Shown here: positions 48,771-58,848 of the stretch, in pieces
Layout of the letters: each line of letters begins with the position of its first letter
Numbering within the stretch: the first letter of the stretch is position 1
DNA from: Limisphaerales bacterium
Lineage (GTDB): Bacteria > Verrucomicrobiota > Verrucomicrobiia > Limisphaerales > AAA164-E04
DNA: 64,000 nt
Direction of reading: 5' to 3'
NCBI GenBank assembly: GCA_965203425.1
Contig: OZ241891.1
Span: 1,583,127 to 1,647,126 of the forward strand
Translations under genes and position numbers: made by a program
Notes under the pieces: generated by a model
The model's input: the letters and a program-made list of their open reading frames with translations, nothing else
Databases searched by the model: none
What the model was told of the DNA's origin: nothing

Positions 48771-49742
48771 TTAGGTGGGGTAGCCGTTGGGGTGGGTTTT
48801 GTGCCATTGCCAGGCGGAGTGGACGATGGTTTCGATGTCGGTGAAGGCTGGTTGCCAGTGGAGGGCGGCGAGGGCGCGGGAGGGGGCGGCAATTAATGCC
48901 GGCGGGTCTCCCTGCCTTCGGCTTTGTTCTTCGACGGGGATTTTTACGCCGGTGACGGTTTCACAAGCGGCGATGACTTCGCGCACGGAGTAGCCTTTGC
49001 CGGTTCCCAGGTTGTAGCAACCCACAAGGTCTGATTGGCAGGCTGTGACGTGGGCGGCGGCGAGGTCTTTGACGTGAACGTAGTCGCGCACGCAGGTTCC
49101 GTCCGGCGTTGGGTAATCGGTTCCGAAGATTTTGCAGGAGGCTTGCTGTTTCAGCGGCACTTTTAGGATGTTGGGGATGAGGTGGGTTTCGACGCGGTGG
49201 TGTTCTCCGAATTGGTCGGTGGCGCCGCAGGCGTTGAAGTAGCGGAAGGCGATGAAGCGAAGCTCGTGAATTTCATGATACCAACGCAGGATTTTCTCGA
49301 AAATCAGTTTCGATTCGCCATAGGGATTGATGGGATTTTGAGGAGCGTCTTCGGAGATGGGGACTTGCCTGGGGATGCCGTAGACGGCGCAAGAGGAGCT
49401 GAAGACGATCTTGCGAACTTGGGTTTGGATGCAGGCGCCCAGCAGGTTTAATCCGTTGGCGACGTTGTTGCTGAAATATTTTTCGGGCGCTTGCATGGAT
49501 TCTCCAACTAGGGCGGAAGAAGCGAAGTGGATCACCGCTTCAGGCTCGGCAGTCTGCATTGCTTGGCGGATTTGTTCTGGTTGGCTGAGGCAGCCTGGCA
49601 GAAAGTCCGCTCCCGGATGCACGGCGCTTCGGTGGCCTTCGCTTAGGTTGTCGAAAACGGCGACTCGGTGGCCTTGTTCGATCAATTCTTGGACGCATGC
49701 GGAGCCGATGTAGCCGGCGCCTCCTGTGACAAGCACGTTCAT
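48771..49742 (-). CDS. galE: UDP-glucose 4-epimerase
   Basis: MNVLVTGGAGYIGS..., ...YGESKLIFE... (YxxxK), SDR extended family, 323 aa. Confidence 0.9.
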   Translation of the reverse strand: MNVLVTGGAGYIGSACVQELIEQGHRVAVFDNLSEGHRSAVHPGADFLPGCLSQPEQIRQAMQTAEPEAVIHFASSALVGESMQAPEKYFSNNVANGLNLLGACIQTQVRKIVFSSSCAVYGIPRQVPISEDAPQNPINPYGESKLIFEKILRWYHEIHELRFIAFRYFNACGATDQFGEHHRVETHLIPNILKVPLKQQASCKIFGTDYPTPDGTCVRDYVHVKDLAAAHVTACQSDLVGCYNLGTGKGYSVREVIAACETVTGVKIPVEEQSRRQGDPPALIAAPSRALAALHWQPAFTDIETIVHSAWQWHKTHPNGYPT

Positions 49743-50017
49743 GTTGAAGAAAGGAAATTGCGGAAACAGCGAGGGGAGTCAAGTTTGACTTTGCGTTTGC
49801 GCGTTGCTTTTGGTTTCTCTGCGCGGCTTCGGATTTGTTTGCCTGCGTCGCGAGGATCGGCGGGCATGTTTGAGGGAAATGGTATCGCATTTGTCTTTTG
49901 TGTCAACCGACGAGGGGGTTCATCTGTCTTTTTTGTGAGGGAGCGACGAAAAAACATTCGCTTTTTTGCGAGAATGTTTCCAATCTGTTTTTGCAAAGGG
50001 TCGCTGGATTCCAAGCC

Positions 50018-52480
50018 ATGGTTTTTGGGAACGTTATATTTTTGAGGCAAGAGTGGCTGTTCGCTGCTTTGGTGGGGCTGGGATTGGCAGCTGCGTTGCT
50101 TTTCGTTTCGTATCGGCGCCAGAAGGGGGCGCGGGGCGTCAAGCAAATTTGCTTCGTTCTTAAATTTTTGGGGTTCGGCTTGTTGATTTTGTGTCTGCTG
50201 GAACCGTCGTGGAGCGGGACACGGGCAAAACCAGGCGCCAACTTTCTGGCGGTTTTGGCGGATAACAGCCAAGGAATGCGAATCCGAGATGCGGGCTCTG
50301 CAGAGAGCCGCGGAAGACAAATGTTGCGCCTACTGGTGGACGAGCCGTCCTCGTGGCGGGAAGAATTGGAGTCGCAATTTAAAGTGCGGCGCTATTTGTT
50401 TGACGCCGGCCTGCAGGGGACAATGGATTTTTCGGATCTTCGTTTTGACGGGCGGGCTTCGGGATTAGGCTCGGCTTTGCGGTCTTTGTCGCGGCGATTT
50501 GCTGGGCAACCTTTAGCGGGCGTGTTGCTGTTTAGCGATGGGGCCGCCACGGATATTGTTGACGGAGAGTGGGATTGGGACGGCCTGCCGCCCGTCTATC
50601 CCGTAGTTTTGGGAACGGACGAGCCAGTGCGCGACATTTCTATCCGAAACATTGCGATCACGGAAACCGCCTTCGAAGATGCTCCGGTCACCATTTTGGC
50701 GGAAGTGGACGTCAACGGATTCCGAGGCGGAAAAGTGTCGGCAAAATTGGCGCCGGCAAGGGAGGAACGAGAAGAACAATCTGGGACTCTGTCCGATGAC
50801 GAAGGCCAAGCGAATGGAGAATTCGGGCTGGAGGAACAAATTCAAAAAGTTGAGAAAGATCGAGCGACGTTGCCTTTTCGGTTTCAATTTCGTCCGATAA
50901 AGAGCGGTGTTTCCTTCTATCAGTTGCGTGTCGCCTTGGCGGCCGAAGGTTTTGGATCGTCTGGGAAACCAACCGAAGCCACTTTGGCCAACAACCAGCG
51001 AGTGTTGGTGGTTGATTGCAGCCGGGGACCTCATCGAATTTTATATGTCGCCGGCCGTCCCAACTGGGAATTCAAGTTTTTGAAACGAGCCCTGCAAGAG
51101 GACGATCAGGTTCAATTGGTAGGATTGATCCGCATTGCCGAACGCGCGCCGCGATTCGAATTCAAAGGACGGCGCAACGAAACCAGCAATCCCCTCTATC
51201 GAGGCTTCGACAAACAAGACGAATTGACCGAGCAATACGATCAACCGGTGCTGAGACGGGATGGCGTGCGGGACAAAAGCGAGCTGGCTGGCGGTTTTCC
51301 CAAGAAGGCTGAAGAGTTATACGAATACGCGGCCATCCTTGTCGACGATCTAGAGGCGGATTTTTTCACCACGGACCAAATGCTTTTGATGCAAAAATAC
51401 GTTTCCGAACGCGGCGGCGGATTCCTGGCGCTGGGCGGATACAACTCTCTTGTGGACGGAGGCTACGACGGAACGCCTGCAGGAAACATGCTGCCGGTTT
51501 ATTTGAACCAAAGCGCGAAAGACAACCCAACGGGCGAAGTGCGCATACAACTTACTCGCGAAGGCATGCTGGAGCCTTGGATGCGCCTGCGTCCGAGAGA
51601 ATCCCAAGAGCGAGAGCGGTTGGAATCAATGACGGCCTTCAAAGTCCTCAGCCAAGTGGGAGAACCCAAGCCCGGCGCAACCGTCCTCATGACGGCGCGA
51701 GAAGAATCTACCGGAACGGAATATCCCGCTCTGGCAGTACAACGGTATGGAAAGGGAAAAACAGCAGCCATGATGATCGGTGACCTTTGGCGGTGGCAAA
51801 TGCGAGACCACGCAAGAACGGGCGAACAACCGAAGGCTTGGCGGCAACTCGTTCGTTGGTTAATTGCCGACGCGCCCCAACCCATCGAAATGACAATCCA
51901 CCGCGTCCCGGCCGACGCCAACCAAGCCGTCCAGATTGCAATTCGCATCAAAGACAAACAATTCCGGCCGATGGAAAACGCCGCAGTACGCTTGACCGTC
52001 AAGTCCTTAACGCTGAAAGACTCGCGCGAAGCCGTGAATTCCGCAGTTCCCGGGACGGCAGCAGTCCATACAAACTCTGTGCAAATTACGGCAGAATCTT
52101 CGCCCCACGAAATTGGACTTTACGAGGCCGTTTATGTGCCGAGGCAAACCGGAGGCTACGCAGTAGAGGCCGTCATAACCGATAGGAATGGATTGACGGT
52201 TGGACAAGCCGAAGCGGGTTGGAGTTCGGATCCAGCGGCAGAAGAATTCCAATCGCTCCATCCCAACCGCGAACTGATGAGGCAAATTGCCAGCCAAACC
52301 GGCGGCCGAGTGGTGGACGCCGCCGACCTGAACGACTTCGCAAAGAAATTGCCCGCCCTCCGAGCGCCCGTGACCGAAGAATGGACTTCTCCAATATGGC
52401 ACAAATTTTGGATGTTCGCTTTGGCGATTGGTTGCTTCATCATGGAATGGGGCGTTCGTCGAGCTCAAGGTTTCGCATGA
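50018..52480 (+). CDS. large membrane protein with BatA-type N-terminal double-TM region and GATase1-like (ThuA/DUF1355-like) domain
   Basis: From ATG 50018: MVFGNVIFLRQEWLFAALVGLGLAAALLF...KFLGFGLLILCLLEP; a central block AAILVDDLEADFFTTDQMLLMQKYVSERGGGFLALGG; a C-terminal TM. Family naming is from memory and approximate. Confidence 0.55.
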   Translation: MVFGNVIFLRQEWLFAALVGLGLAAALLFVSYRRQKGARGVKQICFVLKFLGFGLLILCLLEPSWSGTRAKPGANFLAVLADNSQGMRIRDAGSAESRGRQMLRLLVDEPSSWREELESQFKVRRYLFDAGLQGTMDFSDLRFDGRASGLGSALRSLSRRFAGQPLAGVLLFSDGAATDIVDGEWDWDGLPPVYPVVLGTDEPVRDISIRNIAITETAFEDAPVTILAEVDVNGFRGGKVSAKLAPAREEREEQSGTLSDDEGQANGEFGLEEQIQKVEKDRATLPFRFQFRPIKSGVSFYQLRVALAAEGFGSSGKPTEATLANNQRVLVVDCSRGPHRILYVAGRPNWEFKFLKRALQEDDQVQLVGLIRIAERAPRFEFKGRRNETSNPLYRGFDKQDELTEQYDQPVLRRDGVRDKSELAGGFPKKAEELYEYAAILVDDLEADFFTTDQMLLMQKYVSERGGGFLALGGYNSLVDGGYDGTPAGNMLPVYLNQSAKDNPTGEVRIQLTREGMLEPWMRLRPRESQERERLESMTAFKVLSQVGEPKPGATVLMTAREESTGTEYPALAVQRYGKGKTAAMMIGDLWRWQMRDHARTGEQPKAWRQLVRWLIADAPQPIEMTIHRVPADANQAVQIAIRIKDKQFRPMENAAVRLTVKSLTLKDSREAVNSAVPGTAAVHTNSVQITAESSPHEIGLYEAVYVPRQTGGYAVEAVITDRNGLTVGQAEAGWSSDPAAEEFQSLHPNRELMRQIASQTGGRVVDAADLNDFAKKLPALRAPVTEEWTSPIWHKFWMFALAIGCFIMEWGVRRAQGFA

Positions 52481-53493
52481 AAACGTTTCATTGCCTCATC
52501 CTTTCTCTTTTGACGAGCCTTGGGTTGGCGCCGGGCGATCTTTCGTCTTCCCCCGAAGATCGTGCAACCATCATTGTCGTTACCGGAATTGCCGGCGACC
52601 CCGAATACGAAACAATCTTTGCACAGCGATCCGCCCGTTGGCGCCGGGCAGGAAAAACCGCCAACGCCAAAGTGCATTCCATCGGCGAAGAAAAACCCAA
52701 CGAACAAAGCGACAAAGAGAGATTGCGCTCTTTATTAGAAACAGAAGCCCAAAAGAAAGAGGGGACACTATGGCTTGTTCTCAACGGACATGGAACCTTC
52801 GATGGAAAAAAGGGAAAATTCAATTTGCGAGGGCGAGACGTCTCCGCCGAAGAACTTGCCAAATGGCTTGAAACTTGTCAGCGTCCGCTCGCCGTAGTGA
52901 ACGGATTCTCCGCCAGCGCACCCTTCATCCAAGCGCTTTCCAAAACCAACCGCGTAATCCTGTCTGCCACAAAAAGCGGTTACGAAATGAACTACTCCCG
53001 CTTCGGCGCCTACTTCTCCGAGTCTATCGACAATCCAGAAGCAGACCTCGACAAAGACGGCCAAGTCTCTCTGCTAGAAGCGTTCTTGACGGCAACCCGC
53101 AATACGGAGGAATTTTACTCTTTGAACGGCCGACTGGCCTCCGAACACGCGCTCCTCGAAGACACCGGAGACCAGCGCGGCATCGAAGCCAATTGGTATC
53201 AAGGCGTCCGAGCAATCAAAAAACCCGAAGACAACACCACGCCCGACGGACGCCGCGCTCACCAATTCCACCTTATCCAAAGCGAATTTGAACAACGCAT
53301 GCCGAAAGAACTTCGAAAACAGCGCGATGCCCTAGAACTCAAACTCCTGGAACTGCGAGACCAAAAAGCCTCCTTCAAAGAATCCGAGTATTTCAAAAAA
53401 TTAGAAGCCATCCTCCTACAACTCTCCGAACTTTATGCAACAGCTGAGGCTTCCATAGCCAAATTACCAATTCGACCAGAATTAAAGAACTAA
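52477..53493 (+). CDS. secreted hypothetical protein
   Basis: ATG 52477 overlaps the upstream stop (ATGA). Signal peptide MKTFHCLILSLLTSLGLAPG. C-terminal coiled coil. Confidence 0.5.
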   Translation: MKTFHCLILSLLTSLGLAPGDLSSSPEDRATIIVVTGIAGDPEYETIFAQRSARWRRAGKTANAKVHSIGEEKPNEQSDKERLRSLLETEAQKKEGTLWLVLNGHGTFDGKKGKFNLRGRDVSAEELAKWLETCQRPLAVVNGFSASAPFIQALSKTNRVILSATKSGYEMNYSRFGAYFSESIDNPEADLDKDGQVSLLEAFLTATRNTEEFYSLNGRLASEHALLEDTGDQRGIEANWYQGVRAIKKPEDNTTPDGRRAHQFHLIQSEFEQRMPKELRKQRDALELKLLELRDQKASFKESEYFKKLEAILLQLSELYATAEASIAKLPIRPELKN

Positions 53494-53500
53494 AACGAAT

Positions 53501-54844
53501 GTGGGCAAATCTTTCAAAACAAAGAAAATCAAAAGAGATTCCTCCGCAAAAATCCCCTCCTTTTCATGGCGACGAGCCGCGGGCAAGGCCTTATTGCTCT
53601 TGGCCGGAATAGCCTTCGCTTGCGCGGCATTAGAAACCTATCTCTGTCTCCAATGGCCCTTTCTAACCAACAAAGAACCGACGCACTTCCATCCCAAAGC
53701 GGGCAGCATCAGAAAACCCAACGCAGAAGTGCGCTCGTCCAATAACTACGGCGAATTCTTCGTAGTGGAGAAAGTCAACAGCTTAGGCTTCTTAGACCGC
53801 GAGCCACTAAGCCCAGAGCAAAGAGGAACAGGCTGCCATATTACCATCATTGGCGACTCTTTTGTGGAAGCCAGACAAGTGGCCATCGCCGATAAATTCC
53901 ATATTCAATTAGAACGGCTCGCCGCCAAAGAATTGCCCAATCTGAACATGACCGCATCAGCCTTCGGACGCGGCGGCACCGGACAAATTAATCAATTGCC
54001 TTATTATGACGAGTTTGCCCGGCATCTACGCCCTTGCGTTTTAGTGCTGGTGTTCGTTATCAACGACTTCGGCAATAACCATCCAATTCTCTCCTCATTG
54101 CAAAAATCCGAGGCGTGGGATCCAGAACGTCCCCCATTCGCTACTGCGGAAAAAAGCGGCAACGGCGACTTTCGTTTACTTTCACCGAATCGGAATTTCC
54201 GCGAGTACATGTTGCCTCGCCCGCCTATGTCTTGGACTTCAAGATTGAGAAACTATTTGACCCAAAAATTCCACCTTGCCAAGTGGCTGTATTCCAAACG
54301 CTTGTTATGGAAACACGCTCGCGTAGAAGCCGCTAGAGAAGGCCGCGAGGAGACTGAAGATATCCAGATGACTGCGTGGGTAAAACATTTGAGCCAGCGC
54401 CCCCGCTATGCTTCTCTGGCAAAAGAATGGCCGCCCATAGCGAGGATAAATAGTGTGTTTGAAAGAGAAAATTTGCCGCCGATATTTGAGGAAGCCTTAG
54501 AATTTACAGCTTACGCCTTAGATCAATTCAAAGAGCGCGCGGATCGAGATGGTATTCCGCTGCTCATCCTCTCAACGTGTACTATGGGCACCCAAGGTGA
54601 TCGAAGATTTGACCGCATGCACGCTATGGCCGAAGAGCGCGGCATTCCCGTGATTGACCAGACGAACTACATTCGCCGCCAAGGCGGCCGGATTGAAGAT
54701 GCGCATTGGAAACATGACGGACATTGGAACGCAACCGGCCATCAATGGGCGGCGGAAGCCTTACTGGAATACTTCAAGGCAAACCCGCACATTTGCCGCC
54801 TTCAATCTAATAAAGTGGGTCAAGGGGACACGCCGCAACGTTAG
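53501..54844 (+). CDS. membrane-anchored SGNH/GDSL-like hydrolase family protein
   Basis: GTG start, N-terminal TM (ALLLLAGIAFACAAL), block I-like ITIIGDSFVEA, C-terminal ...KHDGHWNATGHQWAAEAL (DxxH-like block V). Confidence 0.5.
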   Translation: MGKSFKTKKIKRDSSAKIPSFSWRRAAGKALLLLAGIAFACAALETYLCLQWPFLTNKEPTHFHPKAGSIRKPNAEVRSSNNYGEFFVVEKVNSLGFLDREPLSPEQRGTGCHITIIGDSFVEARQVAIADKFHIQLERLAAKELPNLNMTASAFGRGGTGQINQLPYYDEFARHLRPCVLVLVFVINDFGNNHPILSSLQKSEAWDPERPPFATAEKSGNGDFRLLSPNRNFREYMLPRPPMSWTSRLRNYLTQKFHLAKWLYSKRLLWKHARVEAAREGREETEDIQMTAWVKHLSQRPRYASLAKEWPPIARINSVFERENLPPIFEEALEFTAYALDQFKERADRDGIPLLILSTCTMGTQGDRRFDRMHAMAEERGIPVIDQTNYIRRQGGRIEDAHWKHDGHWNATGHQWAAEALLEYFKANPHICRLQSNKVGQGDTPQR

Positions 54845-55079
54845 CCCACCATAATATAGACGCAAGGCAAGTAGAACCTAAGCGAAAACGAAAGTCTTCC
54901 CCCGTTGGAATAGTTTTTTAGCACTTGCCATAATACTATGCCGACTGGTTGAAAACTCTGCATGGAGTTCTGTGATCCGGTCTTTTGATGTTGTTGCCGT
55001 CCCCTTCCTATTATTGAACTGCGGTGGCGGAACTTATTTTGTCGGAGCAGATCTTTGCGGAAGGAAAATAAGAGGCGCG

Positions 55080-55481
55080 TTAATCGGCCCGCACTTCGTC
55101 ATTTTCTTCCGCATTCCCTTCGAGGATGTCTGCTATAACGGTTTGCCCGCGAACGGGGCCTGTAACTTGGATTCGAGCCACTTTTTGCCCGCGGCGGTAG
55201 AGAAAGAGCTGCTGTCCGATTGCTGGCATTGGATGCAACGGAAATTCCAGCACGGCAAAGCGCAGTTTCTGATTTACTTTTACCACCGTTCCATCGCCGC
55301 TTGTGATCGGAAAAATTACTGCGTTTCCATTCGGTTGGTCGTCGTCGGGCGTTGAGGCATTCTCGGCATCCGTCCAAACAGGTTCCCGCTCCATCGAAGA
55401 TTTCGGCGCAACGGTTTGAGAATTCCGGCAAGCGCTCGACAGCAAAAACCCTACGCTCATCAATAGAACAACCCATCGCAT
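55080..55481 (-). CDS. small lipoprotein, hypothetical
   Basis: MRWVVLLMSVGFLLSSAC (lipobox), 133 aa. Confidence 0.5.
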   Translation of the reverse strand: MRWVVLLMSVGFLLSSACRNSQTVAPKSSMEREPVWTDAENASTPDDDQPNGNAVIFPITSGDGTVVKVNQKLRFAVLEFPLHPMPAIGQQLFLYRRGQKVARIQVTGPVRGQTVIADILEGNAEENDEVRAD

Positions 55482-55579
55482 TCAGGGATTTTGGGGGAGA
55501 ATTTTCAGAAACGTCAACCAGCAAAGCCAGTGCGGCGCTTTTTCTTGTCATTGGCATAGTTTTGGATAGTTTTCTGCAA

Positions 55580-56374
55580 GTGAGGATTCTTTTTATCGGC
55601 GACATCGTTGGCTCTCCGGGACGGCGGGCTGTTCGGGAACTCGTTCCTCTCCTTCGCAGGCAACGCAACATCGACATGGTTGTCGCCAATGGGGAAAACG
55701 CCGCCGGAGGCGCCGGCATTACGCCGGAAACAGCCGCCGAGATTTACCAAGCGCAAGTGGACATCATCACTACGGGCGACCATCTTTGGGATCAACGAAC
55801 GGTGACGCAGCTGCTGCAAGAAGAATCCAGATTCCTCCGTCCGCTCAACTATCCATCGGGCACACCGGGCCGAGGAGCAACCGTGTGGCGGCATTCCGGT
55901 GTCGACTCGGTTGCGGTGGTCAACCTTCAAGGCCGCGCGTTCATGCCCGCATTGGACAATCCCTTTCACGCCATCGACGCCGTCATTCCTTCTCTCCGAA
56001 GAAAAGCCCCCATCATCCTCGTCGACATGCACGCCGAAGCCACCTCGGAGAAAATTGCTATGGCGCGATTCCTTGACGGAAGCATTACCGCTCTGGTCGG
56101 CACGCACACTCACGTTCAAACCGCCGACGAGCAAATCCTTCCCGGCGGCACCGGTTTTCTTTGCGACGCCGGATTTACCGGCGGACAGGAAAGCGTTTTG
56201 GGACGCGAAGCGAAGCCCGTCATCCAACGCTTCCTCACCAACCAGCCTCAGCGATTTGCCGTTGCCAAGAAACGAATTGCGCTTCACGGCGTTCTCTTTG
56301 ACGCTGACGAAACCACCGGCAAATGCCTCTCCATTGAGCGGATTTCAAAACTTCTGCCGAGCGGCGAAGATTAA
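55580..56374 (+). CDS. YmdB-like metallophosphoesterase (2',3'-cyclic-nucleotide phosphodiesterase family)
   Basis: From in-frame GTG 55580: VRILFIGDIVGSPGRRAV...MVVANGENAAGGAGIT...TTGDHLWDQ...VDMHAEATSEK...GTHTHVQTADE. ~265 aa is the typical size. Confidence 0.8.
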   Translation: MRILFIGDIVGSPGRRAVRELVPLLRRQRNIDMVVANGENAAGGAGITPETAAEIYQAQVDIITTGDHLWDQRTVTQLLQEESRFLRPLNYPSGTPGRGATVWRHSGVDSVAVVNLQGRAFMPALDNPFHAIDAVIPSLRRKAPIILVDMHAEATSEKIAMARFLDGSITALVGTHTHVQTADEQILPGGTGFLCDAGFTGGQESVLGREAKPVIQRFLTNQPQRFAVAKKRIALHGVLFDADETTGKCLSIERISKLLPSGED

Positions 56375-56476
56375 TCCGCCGACCAAACACGCAAGCCGCC
56401 TAGCACCAAAAAACCCATTCTTTCTCGTTGCTTTCTCAGCAAAACTGCGCTATCTTTTGGAAAAAATTCAGTCAAT

Positions 56477-57724
56477 ATGATCCGTCTCATTTTTATCGCT
56501 TCCGCCTTTGCCCTTGCCGGCGCTCCGCAACCTTTGCCCGCCGAAGAAGCGCATTGGCCGGGTTGGTTGGGACCTGACCGCAACGGTTGGGCAAAGAACT
56601 TTCAACCGCCCAAGCAATGGCCAAAGCAATTGAGAAAAGTCTGGCAAACCAAAGTGGGCGGCGGCTACGGCTCTCCACTCGTCGCCGGCGGCCTCGTTTT
56701 TCAACACGCCCGTCAAGGCGAAGAAGAAACGCTTTGGTGCTTGGACTTGGAAACAAGCCACCCCAAGTGGCGCCAAGGCCACGCCGTGCCTTTCAAAATA
56801 GGGCTTGGAGGCGAACTTCACGGCAAGGGGCCAAAATCTTCCCCGGCATTGGCGAACGGTCGGATTTTTACGATGAGCATTACGGGAGTCCTTTCCGCTT
56901 CCGAAACCGCTTCAGGCAAACCTCTCTGGCGGCGCGATTACAGCCGCCGCTTCGACAAGCCTCATCCCTACTGGGGCGCCGCAACCTCTCCGCTGGTGGA
57001 CGGCGAACGAATCATCATCCACTTTGGCGGCGACGAAGAAGGCACCTTGGTCGCGTTGGACGCCAAAACCGGCCGGGAAATCTGGAGTCAAGGCCACGAC
57101 GGCGCCTCTTACTCCTCCCCAATTGTTGCCGAGATTCAAGGCGTCCGCCAAATTATCGAATGGAACCACAACAATCTTGTCGGCATAGAAAACACAACCG
57201 GCCGCCGTCTTTGGCAGTATTCCTTTCCTCATGTGGGCAACAACCAAAACATGCCCACACCCGCAGTTCACAACGGGCAAGTGATTGTCGGCGGCGAAAA
57301 CCGCGGCATCCGCTGCGTCAAACCAACACGGCACGGCAACAGCTGGACGGTCAAAGAACAATGGCGGCAAAAAGAAGTGGCGCTGGATATGAGCACCGCC
57401 GTGATGAACGACGGCCGGCTCTATGGATTTTCTCATTACGGAAGAGGCCGAATCTTCTGCCTCGACGCCAAAAGCGGTGACATCCTCTGGCAAGGCCCCT
57501 TCCGAACCGGAGAGCATGCGTCCTTTCTGGCAATCCCCGACCACATTCTCGCTCTTTTGGATTCCGGCGAACTCCAGGTCTTGTCCGCCAATGGCAAACG
57601 CTACGAAAAAATCGCTTCTTACATTGTGTCCGAAAATCCCACTTGGGCGCCGCCAGCGCTTCTCAAAAACGGAATTCTAGTGAAAGACACGGACACCCTC
57701 ACCCTTTGGTCGCTGGCCAATTAA
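56477..57724 (+). CDS. PQQ-like beta-propeller repeat protein (BamB-like fold)
   Basis: Signal peptide, HWPGWLGPDRNGW start typical of this family, and repeated ...G..lW... propeller blades. Confidence 0.75.
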   Translation: MIRLIFIASAFALAGAPQPLPAEEAHWPGWLGPDRNGWAKNFQPPKQWPKQLRKVWQTKVGGGYGSPLVAGGLVFQHARQGEEETLWCLDLETSHPKWRQGHAVPFKIGLGGELHGKGPKSSPALANGRIFTMSITGVLSASETASGKPLWRRDYSRRFDKPHPYWGAATSPLVDGERIIIHFGGDEEGTLVALDAKTGREIWSQGHDGASYSSPIVAEIQGVRQIIEWNHNNLVGIENTTGRRLWQYSFPHVGNNQNMPTPAVHNGQVIVGGENRGIRCVKPTRHGNSWTVKEQWRQKEVALDMSTAVMNDGRLYGFSHYGRGRIFCLDAKSGDILWQGPFRTGEHASFLAIPDHILALLDSGELQVLSANGKRYEKIASYIVSENPTWAPPALLKNGILVKDTDTLTLWSLAN

Positions 57725-57834
57725 AACTGCATTTACCCAAGCGCAAAGCATTCAAAAGAAAAGCCAAGCCCAAGAATCCAAGAAAATCCTCACGAAAACC
57801 TCAGAAAAAATGCGGAGAATTTTTCTTTTTTTGT

Positions 57835-57863
57835 TTGACAAACGTTGGCAACAAGGCTTTAAT
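57835..57863 (+). promoter_or_regulatory. sigma70-like promoter of PEP-CTERM paralog 2
   Basis: TTGACA (57835) - 17 nt - TTTAAT (57858). The upstream T-tract and -35 are identical to those of paralog 1. Confidence 0.4.
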
Positions 57864-57935
57864 GAATGCGTAGTTTGTTTTACAAAATAGAATAACGGCA
57901 GAAGTATTTTGGACTAAATCAACTTATCGACCATC

Positions 57936-58656
57936 ATGAAAATCCCCCCCCCCCCCCCCCGCATCCCTAAACCGTAAGCCATTGTCCCTTGGTGTCTTCG
58001 TAACAACGGCCTTGCTTTCCTTTGCCTCGATTGAGCAAAGCCAAGCGCAACTCCTCCTTACCGTCAATCCTCTCCAAACCGACACCAACTCAACCGTCTG
58101 GACTTTCTCCGGCAGCTCCACCGCCTCTCGATCCGGCAACATCACCACAACGCAATCGGTTTTAATAAATTTCGAGACGGTAGGAAGCATAATTCCCTAC
58201 ACCTCCGGCGGCGCTTCGATCTTCACGGTGGGAAGTAGTGCGGTCGATCATTCTTTAGCAGCCAATTCTGCCAGCCTGCCTCAGATCACCACCCCCTCCG
58301 GCGCCCGAACCATCAGCCATATTCATCTGGAAAAAGACGAAAGCGTGGACATCGTGGGCATTCGAGTCGCAGCAAGTTCGCTCAGCTATTCCACAAACGA
58401 CCTCGTCTCGTGGAGCGGGCAAGGCACCTTGTCCCACTCCATCACCAACTTTGCCGTCAACGCTGCCGGTGAGTATTATTACAACTACATTTTCGGCCCT
58501 TATTATGCGGCCGCCGGCACTTCGGGCGTGCCGAGTTCCGGCGGCCTTCGAGTGGTAGTTTCCAGCTCGCCCACGCATTTGGTTCCCGAACCACAAGAAT
58601 ACGCTCTCATCTTCGGCTTATTTGCGCTGGGTTTTGTCTTCTTTCATCGCCGGTGA
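57936..58656 (+). CDS. PEP-CTERM sorting-domain surface protein, paralog 2 (ATG 57936 out of frame with the body at C17)
   Basis: The body frame is open from 57940 and reads K-S-PPPPP-ASLNRKPLSLGVFVTTALLSFASIEQSQAQL..., ending VPEPQEYALIFGLFALGFVFFHRR. The only ATG (57936, ATG-AAA-ATC-(C)n) is in frame with 16 or 19 C. The ORF track could only offer TTG 57982, which removes the basic n-region. Confidence 0.7.
57944..57960 (+). repeat. homopolymeric C17 tract inside the 5' end of the second PEP-CTERM gene
   Basis: Counted directly: aat + 7 C, 10 C, then g at 57961. Confidence 0.95.
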
Positions 58657-58848
58657 ATGCAAAAGAAACGACGGGCAGTGTAATTAGCGGTAGCTGAGTC
58701 AGAATTTAGGACTTTTTGAGTTTTGAGAGGACGACGGGTTTATTGTGGCCCCGGTTCGTCTCTGCCAGCGTTTCGGACAAGCAATCGGCAAAGGCGCACC
58801 CCGCGAATCGCTTTGGCGCCGGCCTTGACACAAGCCAAAGATTTCATC

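Noticed and set aside
52477-53493. Caspase/legumain-like fold suggested by LVLNGHGTFDG and VVNGFSASAPF.
   Set aside because: A His-Gly is present but the expected catalytic Cys position is Ser/Ala. Without a profile search this is pattern over-reading, so the gene is kept as hypothetical.
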